Shown: positions 25,825 to 35,149, numbered from the stretch's first letter. The stretch: DNA of 46,391 nt from Candidatus Omnitrophota bacterium (GCA_018824145.1 JAHJHC010000114.1:1-46391); one strand, 5' to 3'. The notes: generated from the sequence alone by a model not told the origin. Made by a program: numbers and translations.

Positions 25825-27042
25825 TTAATGCCTAAACAGGGTAATCAAATTCCATATAGGCATAAATATTGCAAGAGCTAAAACTAGAACCATAATCCCG
25901 ATTACAAATATTAAAATAGGCTCTATAAGAACCGTTAGATTTTTTACAGTATAACTTATCTGTGAATCATAATAATCCGAAACCCTTAGAAGCAACTCAT
26001 CTATCTTCCCTGTCTCTTCGCCAATCTTCACCATCTGGATGACAATAGAAGGGAAAAGCCCGCTTACTTTCATCGGCTCTGCCAATCCCTTACCCTCTTT
26101 AACACCTTCGATAATATTCTCGACTGAATTTGCGATGATCCTATTTCCAATCGCATCTTTTACGATATATAGCGTATCTATAATAGAGATACCGCTTGCT
26201 GAAAGCACAGATGTAAGCCTGCTGAACCGCGACATCGAAATCTTTAAAATAAGCAGGCCAAAAATAGGCGTCTTTAATTTAAGACTGTCCCATAAGGGCC
26301 TACCTACTTTACTATTAATAAAATATCTAAATGCACCTACTAGAAAGACTATCCCAATGATTATAAACATCCAATAATGCACCAATACAAAATTTAAACC
26401 TAAAAGAACCCTTGTGGGAAGAGGAAGCTGGGTATTGAACCTCATAAAAAGCACGCTGAACTTGGGTATGATAAACATAACTACCAGAGGAAATGCTATA
26501 GAAATAGTAAGCAAGACCAACAATGGATATCGAGTAGCCTGCTTTATCTTCATGTTAAGATCGTGCTCTTGTTCAAGAAGGTTTGCCAGCCTATCCAGGA
26601 CATTGTCCAGTATCCCGGCTGCTTCCCCTGCACGCAGCATATTTATATAGACTTCTGAAAATATATTCGTAAACTTAGAGATAGATTCCGAAAGGCTTTT
26701 TCCTGATTCTATATCACGGGTTATTTCTCCTATAACATCCTTAAAATATGCATTGGTACTTTGCTCCCTGATGCTCTCTAAGCTAACCAGAATAGGTACC
26801 CCAGCGTGTTGAAGCGTCATAAGCTGCCGCGTAAAAACTATCAATTCTTCCATATTGACTCTACGGAAAAGTTTCTCAAACGGGTTGTATTTTTTAAATG
26901 CGGAGCTTTGTTCCTTAATTACGGTAGGAGTATAGCCCATCTTTTTAAGATGCCGGGCAACCGAGTCTCTGGACTCACCTTCTATCGTGCCTTTCGAGGC
27001 ACGTCCATATTTATCGCGGATTTTGTAGCGGAAATTCGGCAT
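25825..27042 (-). CDS. pilC: Pilus platform protein PilC/GspF/MshG
   Basis: FTRQLMTL..AGVP, AGEAAGIL, ATRYP, IGEETG, LIEP. Confidence 0.95.
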   Translation of the reverse strand: MPNFRYKIRDKYGRASKGTIEGESRDSVARHLKKMGYTPTVIKEQSSAFKKYNPFEKLFRRVNMEELIVFTRQLMTLQHAGVPILVSLESIREQSTNAYFKDVIGEITRDIESGKSLSESISKFTNIFSEVYINMLRAGEAAGILDNVLDRLANLLEQEHDLNMKIKQATRYPLLVLLTISIAFPLVVMFIIPKFSVLFMRFNTQLPLPTRVLLGLNFVLVHYWMFIIIGIVFLVGAFRYFINSKVGRPLWDSLKLKTPIFGLLILKISMSRFSRLTSVLSASGISIIDTLYIVKDAIGNRIIANSVENIIEGVKEGKGLAEPMKVSGLFPSIVIQMVKIGEETGKIDELLLRVSDYYDSQISYTVKNLTVLIEPILIFVIGIMVLVLALAIFMPIWNLITLFRH

Positions 27043-27050
27043 TGGGTCCT

Positions 27051-28736
27051 TTATTTTTCCTGTGTTGCTTTTATAACTTCCTCTGCCGTAGTAATACCCT
27101 TCAAGACCTTATCCAAACCATCATCCCTCAATGTCTTCATGCCCATCTGGAGGGCCTTATTCTTTATCAGATCGCTTGAGGCCCTATCAACAATCATTTT
27201 TCTGATTTCTTCAGTGACCACTAAAAGCTCGAATATACCGACTCTCCCTTTATAGCCTGTATCCCTGCAAGTATTACATCCCTTGCCTCTAAACAATTCC
27301 TTAGCTTCCACTCCCAAACCCTTTAGAATTTCTTCTGACGGTGTGAAAGACTCTTTACATTTTTCGCAGATCTTTCTCACAAGCCTCTGGGCCAAGATCC
27401 CTATAACAGAACTAGATATCAAAAATGGCTCCACCTCCATATCCAGGAGCCTAGCCAAGGCGCCACTGGCATCATTTGTATGAAGTGTTGATAAAACCAG
27501 GTGTCCTGTTAATGCTGCCTGCACGCTAATCTCAGCAGTCTCCCTATCCCTTATCTCCCCCACCATTATTATATCAGGGTCCTGCCTTAAGATAGATCTC
27601 AAGCCTGAGGCAAAACCAAAACCAGCCTTTGGATTTATCTGAGACTGTCTTATTCTACCCAAATGGTATTCAACAGGATCTTCTATCGTAATAATATTCT
27701 TCTCTTCCGAATCAATTGTAGAAAGGGCTGAATAAAGGGTAGTAGTCTTTCCGCTGCCAGTAGGCCCTGTGACCAGTATTATTCCGTAAGGATGTCTTAT
27801 CAATGCATCAAATTCCTTTTGTCCACTGGCAGAAAAACCCAACATGTCAAGGCCCAGCAATATCGCCCCTTTATCCAGGATCCTTATAACAATGTTCTCT
27901 CCATATATGGTAGGAAAGGTAGAAACCCTCAAATCGATATCTCTATTCTCCACTTTTATATTAAACCTTCCGTCCTGGGGTTTTCTTTTTTCGGAAATAT
28001 CGATCCTGGAAAGCACCTTGATCCTGGAAAGAAGCGCCAGCTCCAGATGTTTGGGCGGAGAAAACACCTCATGCAAAATCCCGTCAACCCTGAACCTGAC
28101 CTTCAGCGTATCTTCTTGCGGTTCAATATGTATATCACTTGCCCTATCCTTTATTGCCTGTATGATTATAAGATTTACAAGTTTTATTATAGGGGCCTTG
28201 TCTGCTATTTCAGCGAGTTTCTCTGAATCTAATTCACCCTCTGTAACAACATCTTTCTTTTTCTCCTTATCTATATCCTTTATCACTTCATCAACCGAAC
28301 CCTGCACTCCATAATACTGATCTATTGCACCCAATATGGCGCCTTCGCTTGCCAATACAGGCTCTATATCACACTTAGACACCCTGGATAAATCATCTAT
28401 TCCCATAATATCCTTAGGATTCACCATTGCTACTGTCATGGCATTCCCGATTTTAAAAATAGGGATTATTTTATACTTGCGTGCCATACTTTCCGGAATA
28501 AGCTTTAAGGTCTCGGCATCTACCAGATAATTCGATAGGTCGATGTACGGCACCTCCAAAATCTCCGAGAATGCCTGCGTATAATCATCTTCGCTAACTA
28601 CTCCTGCCTTTACCAGCAATCTCCCCACAGGGATGCCTTTTCTCTTAGAATCCTCTTTCATCTTATCGATCTGCTCTTGTGTAATAAGGCTACGTTTCAA
28701 GAGGATCTGTTCTATAGTCTTCTTAGTCATATTCAA
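27051..28736 (-). CDS. pilB: Pilus assembly ATPase PilB/GspE/MshE
   Basis: ASDIHIEP, PQDGR, GPTGSGKTTT, TIEDPVE, LRQDPD, TGHLVLSTLHTN, CxxC-CxxC. Confidence 0.95.
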   Translation of the reverse strand: MNMTKKTIEQILLKRSLITQEQIDKMKEDSKRKGIPVGRLLVKAGVVSEDDYTQAFSEILEVPYIDLSNYLVDAETLKLIPESMARKYKIIPIFKIGNAMTVAMVNPKDIMGIDDLSRVSKCDIEPVLASEGAILGAIDQYYGVQGSVDEVIKDIDKEKKKDVVTEGELDSEKLAEIADKAPIIKLVNLIIIQAIKDRASDIHIEPQEDTLKVRFRVDGILHEVFSPPKHLELALLSRIKVLSRIDISEKRKPQDGRFNIKVENRDIDLRVSTFPTIYGENIVIRILDKGAILLGLDMLGFSASGQKEFDALIRHPYGIILVTGPTGSGKTTTLYSALSTIDSEEKNIITIEDPVEYHLGRIRQSQINPKAGFGFASGLRSILRQDPDIIMVGEIRDRETAEISVQAALTGHLVLSTLHTNDASGALARLLDMEVEPFLISSSVIGILAQRLVRKICEKCKESFTPSEEILKGLGVEAKELFRGKGCNTCRDTGYKGRVGIFELLVVTEEIRKMIVDRASSDLIKNKALQMGMKTLRDDGLDKVLKGITTAEEVIKATQEK

Positions 28737-29107
28737 ACCTTAAGGATAGCCTTTATCTTGTCAACTACAATATCTAGCTCAAACGGTTTTTCAAAATATC
28801 CGCTGATTTTTTGGAAGGCGAATAAATCCTTCACCTTATCTTCTTCTTTCCCACTCAACATCAAAACAGGGACATCTTTCAGTTTCGGCAGTTTCCGGAC
28901 CTCCTTCAAGCAACTATATCCATCCATCTTAGGCATCATAATATCCATAATGATCAAATCAGGCTCTTCTTCTTCTGCTACCTTCAGGCCTACATCCCCA
29001 TCATTTGCCATTACAACATTAAAACCCTCCTGCTGCAATCTGATCCTGATCATTTTCTGTATATCTTCTTCATCATCTATTATTAAAATCTTCTTCCCTT
29101 CTCCCAT
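28733..29107 (-). CDS. Single-domain response regulator (receiver)
   Basis: IIDDE, IIMDIMMPKMDG, MLSG, EKPF; stop overlaps pilB start. Confidence 0.92.
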   Translation of the reverse strand: MGEGKKILIIDDEEDIQKMIRIRLQQEGFNVVMANDGDVGLKVAEEEEPDLIIMDIMMPKMDGYSCLKEVRKLPKLKDVPVLMLSGKEEDKVKDLFAFQKISGYFEKPFELDIVVDKIKAILKV

Positions 29108-29149
29108 TTTGTCCTCCGTTATTTAATCTTCAAGGCTGAACATATTGCC

Positions 29150-29530
29150 TTACGCTGTTTGCTGACCCATAGCATCATTTATCTTCTTCAGCAAATCATT
29201 TGTCTCAAATGGCTTCTCTATGAAATATGCTATATTCTCAAGGGCAAAAAGATCACCGACCTTCTGTTTCTCTTTGGCAGTCAATATAATTACAGGTATA
29301 TCTTTGAATCTCTCAACCTTTCTCATTTCTCTCAATGCACTATACCCATCCTTCTTAGGAAGCACAATGTCCAACACAACTACATCAGGACATCTTGTCT
29401 GCATAATCTCAAACATCTCGTCTGCATCCTGCGCGCCATCAAATTCATACCCTGCTGACTCTACCCTTAATTTTAACATGTTAAGTAAATCCACATCGTC
29501 ATCTACAATTAAAACCCTCTTCTTATCCAT
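29150..29530 (-). CDS. Single-domain response regulator (receiver)
   Basis: IVDDD, VLDIVLPKKDG, ILTA, EKPF; start overlaps kdsC end. Confidence 0.92.
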   Translation of the reverse strand: MDKKRVLIVDDDVDLLNMLKLRVESAGYEFDGAQDADEMFEIMQTRCPDVVVLDIVLPKKDGYSALREMRKVERFKDIPVIILTAKEKQKVGDLFALENIAYFIEKPFETNDLLKKINDAMGQQTA

Positions 29531-30050
29531 TCCTCACCTCCGAATATTCAGCAATTACCTTATCCCAACGGCCTTGAGATTTCAAGATCATCTCTATCAC
29601 TTCCCGTACAGCACCCTTGCCCCCCTTTTTCTGAGTGATATAGCGGGCAGAATCCTTAATCTCATCTCTTGCATCAGGGGGCGCGACTGCAAAGCCAACT
29701 CTTTTTATAATAGGTAAATCCAGGAGGTCGTCTCCCATAAAGCAAACCTCTTCGTCCTTTACCCTGAATCTACTTAATACCTTCTTATAGATCTTTAGTT
29801 TTCTATGGTCTGAATACAATGCCGCGACACGCATGTCTTTTGCCCTGCGTTCAACGACCTTTGTTTTCTTGGCAGTAATGATAACTGATTTCAATCCAGC
29901 TCTATGAAGTAGGTACATACCAAAACCATCATGGACATCGAAACATTTGAATTCATCCCCAAAGTTATCATAGATTATGCGGCCGTCAGTAAGTACACCG
30001 TCAACGTCCAATATCAATAATTTTATCTTCTTTGCTAGCGCTTCTATCAT
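29523..30050 (-). CDS. kdsC: Kdo 8-phosphate phosphatase (HAD)
   Basis: LDVDGVLTDG, FDVHDG, MGDDLLD, GGKGAVRE. Confidence 0.95.
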   Translation of the reverse strand: MIEALAKKIKLLILDVDGVLTDGRIIYDNFGDEFKCFDVHDGFGMYLLHRAGLKSVIITAKKTKVVERRAKDMRVAALYSDHRKLKIYKKVLSRFRVKDEEVCFMGDDLLDLPIIKRVGFAVAPPDARDEIKDSARYITQKKGGKGAVREVIEMILKSQGRWDKVIAEYSEVRNG

Positions 30051-30056
30051 AGAAAT

Positions 30057-31016
30057 CTATACCAGTCCGGCCTTCAGTAGATCCTGGACATCCACAAGGC
30101 CTATAGCACAGCCCTTTTCATCGACTATAGGGATCTCGTCAATCTTATATTCCTGTAAAACCCTAAGGGCCTCGACTGCAAGACAACCTTTTTTCAGTGC
30201 CTTAGGTCTTTTTGTCATTACATCTTTAACCTTTTCCTTCGAAAGATCGATGCCTTCTTTTAAGTGCCTTCTTAAATCACCGTCTGTAAAAATGCCCTTT
30301 ATCTTACCTTTATCGTCTACGACTGTAGCGCTGCCGGCCCTGGCTGCAGTAATCTTCAGAAGTACGCTCTTTACCCTTGTGTTTTCCTTCACAATGGGAT
30401 TCTCTTTATCTTTTCTCATTATGTCTTCCACCCTAAGAAGAAGTCGCTTGCCGAGATTTCCACCCGGATGAAGAAATGCGAAATCGCTTCTCTTGAACCC
30501 CCTCTTATCCATCAGTGCCGCACACAAGGCATCCCCCATTGCCAGCATACAAGTCGTGCTCGCCATAGGAGCCAACCCTAAAGGACAAGCCTCTTCTTTA
30601 ATAGAAACATCTAAAATAGCGTCGCTATTCTTTGCGAGCATAGAAGACATATTACCCGTCATGGCAATTAATTTTGAGCCTATTTTTTTTATAAGCGGGA
30701 TCAATTTTACGATTTCTTCTGTCTGACCGCTATTTGAAATAGCAATTACAATATCCTCTTTTTTCACACGTCCAAGGTCTCCATGGATTGCCTCTCCGGA
30801 ATGAAGCCATAGACTAGGGGTACCGGTAGAGGCAAGCGTTGAGGAAATCTTATTACCGATAATACCGGCCTTACCCATGCCAGTCACCACAACCCTGCCT
30901 TTAGAGGCAAAAATCAGGTTAACTGCTTTTTCGAAATCCTTATTTATATGGGAAGAAAGATGGCGGATAGAATCGGATTCTATCTTCAGGACCTGCTTAG
31001 CTCGTTTTTTTAACAT
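30057..31016 (-). CDS. kdsD: Arabinose 5-phosphate isomerase (KpsF/GutQ, SIS + CBS)
   Basis: TGMGKAG, ASTGTP, HGDLG, ISNSG, EACPLGLAP, HPGG, FTDGDLRR. Confidence 0.95.
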   Translation of the reverse strand: MLKKRAKQVLKIESDSIRHLSSHINKDFEKAVNLIFASKGRVVVTGMGKAGIIGNKISSTLASTGTPSLWLHSGEAIHGDLGRVKKEDIVIAISNSGQTEEIVKLIPLIKKIGSKLIAMTGNMSSMLAKNSDAILDVSIKEEACPLGLAPMASTTCMLAMGDALCAALMDKRGFKRSDFAFLHPGGNLGKRLLLRVEDIMRKDKENPIVKENTRVKSVLLKITAARAGSATVVDDKGKIKGIFTDGDLRRHLKEGIDLSKEKVKDVMTKRPKALKKGCLAVEALRVLQEYKIDEIPIVDEKGCAIGLVDVQDLLKAGLV

Positions 31017-31845
31017 GTTGTTTTTTCATCTTTACAATGTTATCTATTTCTTTAACATCCTTTAACAACCCCTCCAACGTCTCCAAGGTAATCATATTAG
31101 CCCCATCGCACAACGCTTTATCCGGCTCTTTGTGGACCTCCAAGAATAAACCTTCACAGCCCATTGCCACAGCTGCGCGTGAGAGGCCTGTAACAAATTG
31201 TCTCTCCCCGCCAGACTCTATACCTTTACCTCCGGGAAGCTGGACACTGTGGGTCGCGTCATAAATAAGCGGGTAATTGAACTTGCGCATTATCTGTAAA
31301 GACCGCAGGTCACTTACAAGATTATTGTAGCCAAACATTGTGCCGCGCTCCGTAATAATAATGTTTTCATTCCCGGCATTCTCGATTTTTTCTATAACAT
31401 TCCCTATATCCCACGGCGCTAAAAACTGGGCCTTTTTTATATTCACAATTTTATTGGTCTTTGCAATTTCTATAATAAAATCCGTCTGTCTGCATAAAAA
31501 GGCAGGTACCTGAATAATATCCAAGACCTTAACTGCCTTATCCAGCTCGACTCTACAATGAACATCACTTAATATAGGTATGTCCAATTCTTTTTTAATC
31601 TCTGCCAGTATCTTAAGCCCTTCATCAATCCCTGGCCCTCTATAAGATTTTAGGCTCGAACGATTTGCCTTATCATAGCTGGATTTAAAGATAAAAGGTA
31701 TCTTTTCTTTTTCACAAATCTTCTTAATGGCCTTTGCATGATCCAATGCTCCTCTGGCACTCTCAATAACGCATGGGCCAGCGATCAGGACAATAGGATT
31801 ACTCTCACCTATCTTTATATTTTTTATCTTTATCTCTTTAGCCAT
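30997..31845 (-). CDS. kdsA: Kdo 8-phosphate synthase (metal-dependent type)
   Basis: IAGPCVIES, KSSYDKANRSS, PAFLCRQTD, DATHSVQ; start reassigned to ATG 31845. Confidence 0.96.
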   Translation of the reverse strand: MAKEIKIKNIKIGESNPIVLIAGPCVIESARGALDHAKAIKKICEKEKIPFIFKSSYDKANRSSLKSYRGPGIDEGLKILAEIKKELDIPILSDVHCRVELDKAVKVLDIIQVPAFLCRQTDFIIEIAKTNKIVNIKKAQFLAPWDIGNVIEKIENAGNENIIITERGTMFGYNNLVSDLRSLQIMRKFNYPLIYDATHSVQLPGGKGIESGGERQFVTGLSRAAVAMGCEGLFLEVHKEPDKALCDGANMITLETLEGLLKDVKEIDNIVKMKKQHVKKTS

Positions 31846-31852
31846 TCGTGTC

Positions 31853-32638
31853 TCAAAACAGACTAAGTTGCCTTGCACCTTTTATAAGGTCCGTCGCCTT
31901 CATCAAATCTTCAGGAGTATCTATACCGATTGTATCAAATTTTGTCTCTATGACCTTTATCTTGTACCCATTCTCTATTACTCTAAGCTGTTCCAGTTTT
32001 TCACTTTTTTCAAGTCTGGATTGAGGCAGACTCTTGAAGGTAAAAAGAAAATCTTTGGTATATGCGTAAATGCCGATGTGTTTATAGTGAGTGACGATTC
32101 CTCGCTCACCTGCAGCCCGCCTGTCCCCCGAAGCCTTGGCGAAGGAGGATAACAAATATGGTATAGGGGCGCGGGAAAAATATAACGCAAAGCCTTTCCT
32201 ATCCATCACAACCTTTACCACATTGGGATCCAAAAAGTCTTTTTCATTTCCAATCTTATGACAAAGGGTCGCCATGTGTATGGAGTCATCCCTTAAAATA
32301 GGATCTACCACATCATCTATCATCGTCGGATGTATAAGAGGTTCATCTGCCTGGATATTAACCACGACCTTTGTATCGATAGAACTCACGACTTCAGTAA
32401 GCCTGTCAGAACCACTTTTATGTGCCTTTGAAGTATATATTACCTTTGCACCAAAACCCTTAGCAAAATTATAAATACGCTTATCATCAGTTGCTATAAT
32501 AATGTCTTCTATTGTCTTTGCCTTCTTAGCATTTTCCCATGTGTGTTGGATAACTGACTTCCCGCACAAATCTGCTAAAAGCTTTCCTTCAAACCTTGTG
32601 GAACCATAACGTGCCGGAATTATCCCTATAACTTCCAT
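31853..32638 (-). CDS. kdsB: CMP-Kdo synthetase
   Basis: IPARYGSTRF, SGSDR, NIQADEP, ALYFSRAPIP, KHIGIYAY, EKLEQLR. Confidence 0.96.
   Translation of the reverse strand: MEVIGIIPARYGSTRFEGKLLADLCGKSVIQHTWENAKKAKTIEDIIIATDDKRIYNFAKGFGAKVIYTSKAHKSGSDRLTEVVSSIDTKVVVNIQADEPLIHPTMIDDVVDPILRDDSIHMATLCHKIGNEKDFLDPNVVKVVMDRKGFALYFSRAPIPYLLSSFAKASGDRRAAGERGIVTHYKHIGIYAYTKDFLFTFKSLPQSRLEKSEKLEQLRVIENGYKIKVIETKFDTIGIDTPEDLMKATDLIKGARQLSLF
32120..32149. repeat. 30-bp palindromic element in frame inside kdsB
   Basis: CCTGTCCCCCGAAGCCTTGGCGAAGGAGGA; 28/30 identical to 13721-13750; encodes SSFAKASGDR. Confidence 0.9.
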
Positions 32639-32649
32639 AATTTAAATGA

Positions 32650-32797
32650 GCACATCACTTACGGAGCACGAAGTGCGACGTAAGTGATAAGTGCGAATTT
32701 ATCCCGAGCAACAGCGAGGGATCTCATATGAGATCCCTCAGACCTTCGGTCTTCGGGATGACCAGTCAGATGAAAGGTAAAAATCTACAACTGGTCA
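32650..32797. repeat. Composite REP-like element, third copy (inverted relative to 19206-19342)
   Basis: Hairpin 32654-32688; core ATCCCGAG..GGGATCTCATATGAGATCCC..CGGGATGAC 32701-32762; hairpin TGACCAGT..ACTGGTCA 32759-32797. Confidence 0.8.
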
Positions 32798-33799
32798 CTT
32801 AATCCTCGTCAATAACTCTTCATTCGTTACCGCTGATATCCCTACCTTACCCACTACTATGCCTGCGGCAAAATTCGAGATGCGAGCTGCATCTACCATG
32901 CCAGCACCAGCTGCCAGGGATAATGTAAATGTACCTATTACAGTGTCCCCTGCACCTGAAACATCAAACACGTCCTGCGCAACTGTAGGTATATGTGTGA
33001 TGCGGCCTTCCTTTTCAAAAAGCTGCATGCCATTCTCTCCTAATGTTATAAGAACGGCTTCACATTTCAGTTTATTAAGAAGGGTTTTACCAATATTATT
33101 AAGACTTTCTTTATCCTTTACCTTTATGCCTGATGTATAAGCAGCCTCATGATGATTAGGCGTAATCGCTGTCACGCCTTTATAATAGTGAAAGTGATCT
33201 TCTTTGGGATCAACAGTTACTATCTTTCTACGAGCCTTGGCTATTTTTAAAACCGCCTCTAAAAGTCTAGCTGTTATAACTCCCTTACCATAATCCTCTA
33301 TTACAATAGCATCTACATCATCTATTATCTTTTTTATACGATCGCTCAACTGATCAATCAACTCTGTATCCAGACCGTCCATCTTTTCCTTATCGATTCT
33401 AACAACCTGTTGATGATGCGCAATAACTCTCGTCTTAAGAGTAGTAGGTCTTTTGGTATCAGTAATAATGCTTCCTATATCCATGCCTTTTTTCTTAAGA
33501 AGTTGGGTGAGTATTCTACCCCGTTCATCTGCTCCTATAACGCCTGCTATATACACCTTTCCTCCGAGTGCGTGGATGTTGTTCGCCACATTTGCCGCTC
33601 CTCCCGGCATAAAAGACTCTGAGCGTACCCACACAACCGGCACAGGCGCTTCAGGAGAAATCCTTGAGACATCGCCCCATAAAAATTCATCCAGTATTAA
33701 GTCTCCTATCACAAGGACCCTCGCCTTAGAAAATCTTAATATTATCTTCTTATACCTTCCATTCTCCTTAATCAAATCACACCTCTTAAATTTTTTCAA
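32795..33799 (-). CDS. hldA: D-glycero-beta-D-manno-heptose 7-phosphate kinase (RfaE domain I, stand-alone)
   Basis: GDLILDEF.WG...RISPEAPVPV, GGAANVA, DYGKG, TPN, DVSGAGDTV; exact start uncertain. Confidence 0.93.
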   Translation of the reverse strand: MKKFKRCDLIKENGRYKKIILRFSKARVLVIGDLILDEFLWGDVSRISPEAPVPVVWVRSESFMPGGAANVANNIHALGGKVYIAGVIGADERGRILTQLLKKKGMDIGSIITDTKRPTTLKTRVIAHHQQVVRIDKEKMDGLDTELIDQLSDRIKKIIDDVDAIVIEDYGKGVITARLLEAVLKIAKARRKIVTVDPKEDHFHYYKGVTAITPNHHEAAYTSGIKVKDKESLNNIGKTLLNKLKCEAVLITLGENGMQLFEKEGRITHIPTVAQDVFDVSGAGDTVIGTFTLSLAAGAGMVDAARISNFAAGIVVGKVGISAVTNEELLTRIK

Positions 33800-34733
33800 T
33801 AATGGCCTGGGCCAAAAGCGGTATCATAACCTCATGCTGGCCAATAACAGTATATCCTCTACCGCCTGATTTTATAGGCCTACGCACTACATTCTGGTAA
33901 GGCCTATAGTGATTTATCATATCAAAATTACATGCGGTAAAACCTTTTACGTTGCAGCCTAGATTCCTCGCTACATTTATTGCCTTTAAAAATACTTCCG
34001 GGAGGATCACAGAAGATCCCATATTCAACACTACCCCTCCATCGCCTAGTTCCGAAACCACTTCGATAAAATTATGGAAGTCCTTAAGAGACGCCTCGCC
34101 TAAATGAGCGCCGTTACAGCTAAGATGTTGATGTATAACGTCAGTCCCTATAGCAATATGCACACTAGAACTTACATCTTGTTTGACACAATTATATAAT
34201 AGACTCGATTCCCTAAAAGGTAATTTCTCTTCCCCGATTACCTGGCCTATTGCCTGTCCCGCGCCTATATCCCTTTCCACAGCCTCGGATATTGCACCAT
34301 TTAGATATAAGGCTGTTTCTTTTGCCATGCCAAAACTTCCGTCCTCAAGAGAAGACTCCACATCCTCTGAAGTCTTACCAATAAGGGCGATCTCAAAATC
34401 GTGTATTGCGCCTGAACCATTCAAGGCAATAGCCGTGATTATTTTTTTCTTCATTAGCTCTATTAACACTGGATTAAGTCCGCATTTAATGACATGAGAA
34501 CCCAACATCACTATGACAGGCTTCTTCTTTTTACGAGCCGCAATAATCGCATCTACAATCTGCCTGAAGTTATTTCCTGAAAGTATGTTAGGGAGGGAAT
34601 TGTAAAAATCAGAGAAAGAGGCGTTCTTAGAAGGGACCTTGGCAAAATCCTCTCGCCTAACCTTACTCTTTCTTTTTGATATGGGGTAGGTCTTGAGTTT
34701 AGTTAAATCTATTTTAACCTTATTCTTGGCCAT
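33786..34733 (-). CDS. Conserved hypothetical protein, deoxyhypusine-synthase-like fold (GSU2086-like)
   Basis: MLGSHVIKCG, IHDFEIA..G.TSEDV, DGSFGMA, HIAIGTD, GSSVILPEVFLKA, GQHEVMIP; family assignment from recall. Confidence 0.7.
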   Translation of the reverse strand: MAKNKVKIDLTKLKTYPISKRKSKVRREDFAKVPSKNASFSDFYNSLPNILSGNNFRQIVDAIIAARKKKKPVIVMLGSHVIKCGLNPVLIELMKKKIITAIALNGSGAIHDFEIALIGKTSEDVESSLEDGSFGMAKETALYLNGAISEAVERDIGAGQAIGQVIGEEKLPFRESSLLYNCVKQDVSSSVHIAIGTDVIHQHLSCNGAHLGEASLKDFHNFIEVVSELGDGGVVLNMGSSVILPEVFLKAINVARNLGCNVKGFTACNFDMINHYRPYQNVVRRPIKSGGRGYTVIGQHEVMIPLLAQAIIEKI

Positions 34734-34760
34734 AAGTAATGTATTATTATACTTTTTCGC

Positions 34761-34789
34761 ATTTTAGCATTATTGCTTTAAGGTGTCAA
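34761..34789 (-). promoter_or_regulatory. Strong sigma70 promoter for the hypothetical-hldA-kds unit
   Basis: TTGACA (34789-34784)-N17-TAAAAT (34766-34761) with TGn extension. Confidence 0.7.
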
Positions 34790-34813
34790 TCCTTGAAGTT
34801 GTTTCAAGATGTT

Positions 34814-35149
34814 TCAAGAACTACGCCGAACAGCATAATTGAAATGGTCAAAATATTTGCGCCATAAAGATTCGGAGGAAAGAAATTGATTCGAACCATA
34901 GAAATAATCTACGACAGCCTCGCGTAAACGGGCAAACTCCTTAATGCAGGAAAAAGGCTTATTAATAGAATCTAAACTCAAATCAAGCAACTCCAATGCC
35001 CTTGAGGCAGCTTTTTTAGAAAAATCTATTTTACCTTTTTTCTGCCAGTTAAGCGCACGGCTTACTTCACTGCCGATATTTGCCATTTGGGCACATAAAG
35101 ACATCTGCCCCCATTTCCCTTCAGCAAGATTTTTATGCTGTATCATCAC
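34814..35149 (-). CDS. Small alpha-helical hypothetical protein, partner of DUF5674
   Basis: W..MSL..QMANIGSEVSRA...E..RLRE pattern; 4-nt overlap with upstream gene. Confidence 0.75.
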   Translation of the reverse strand: MMIQHKNLAEGKWGQMSLCAQMANIGSEVSRALNWQKKGKIDFSKKAASRALELLDLSLDSINKPFSCIKEFARLREAVVDYFYGSNQFLSSESLWRKYFDHFNYAVRRSS

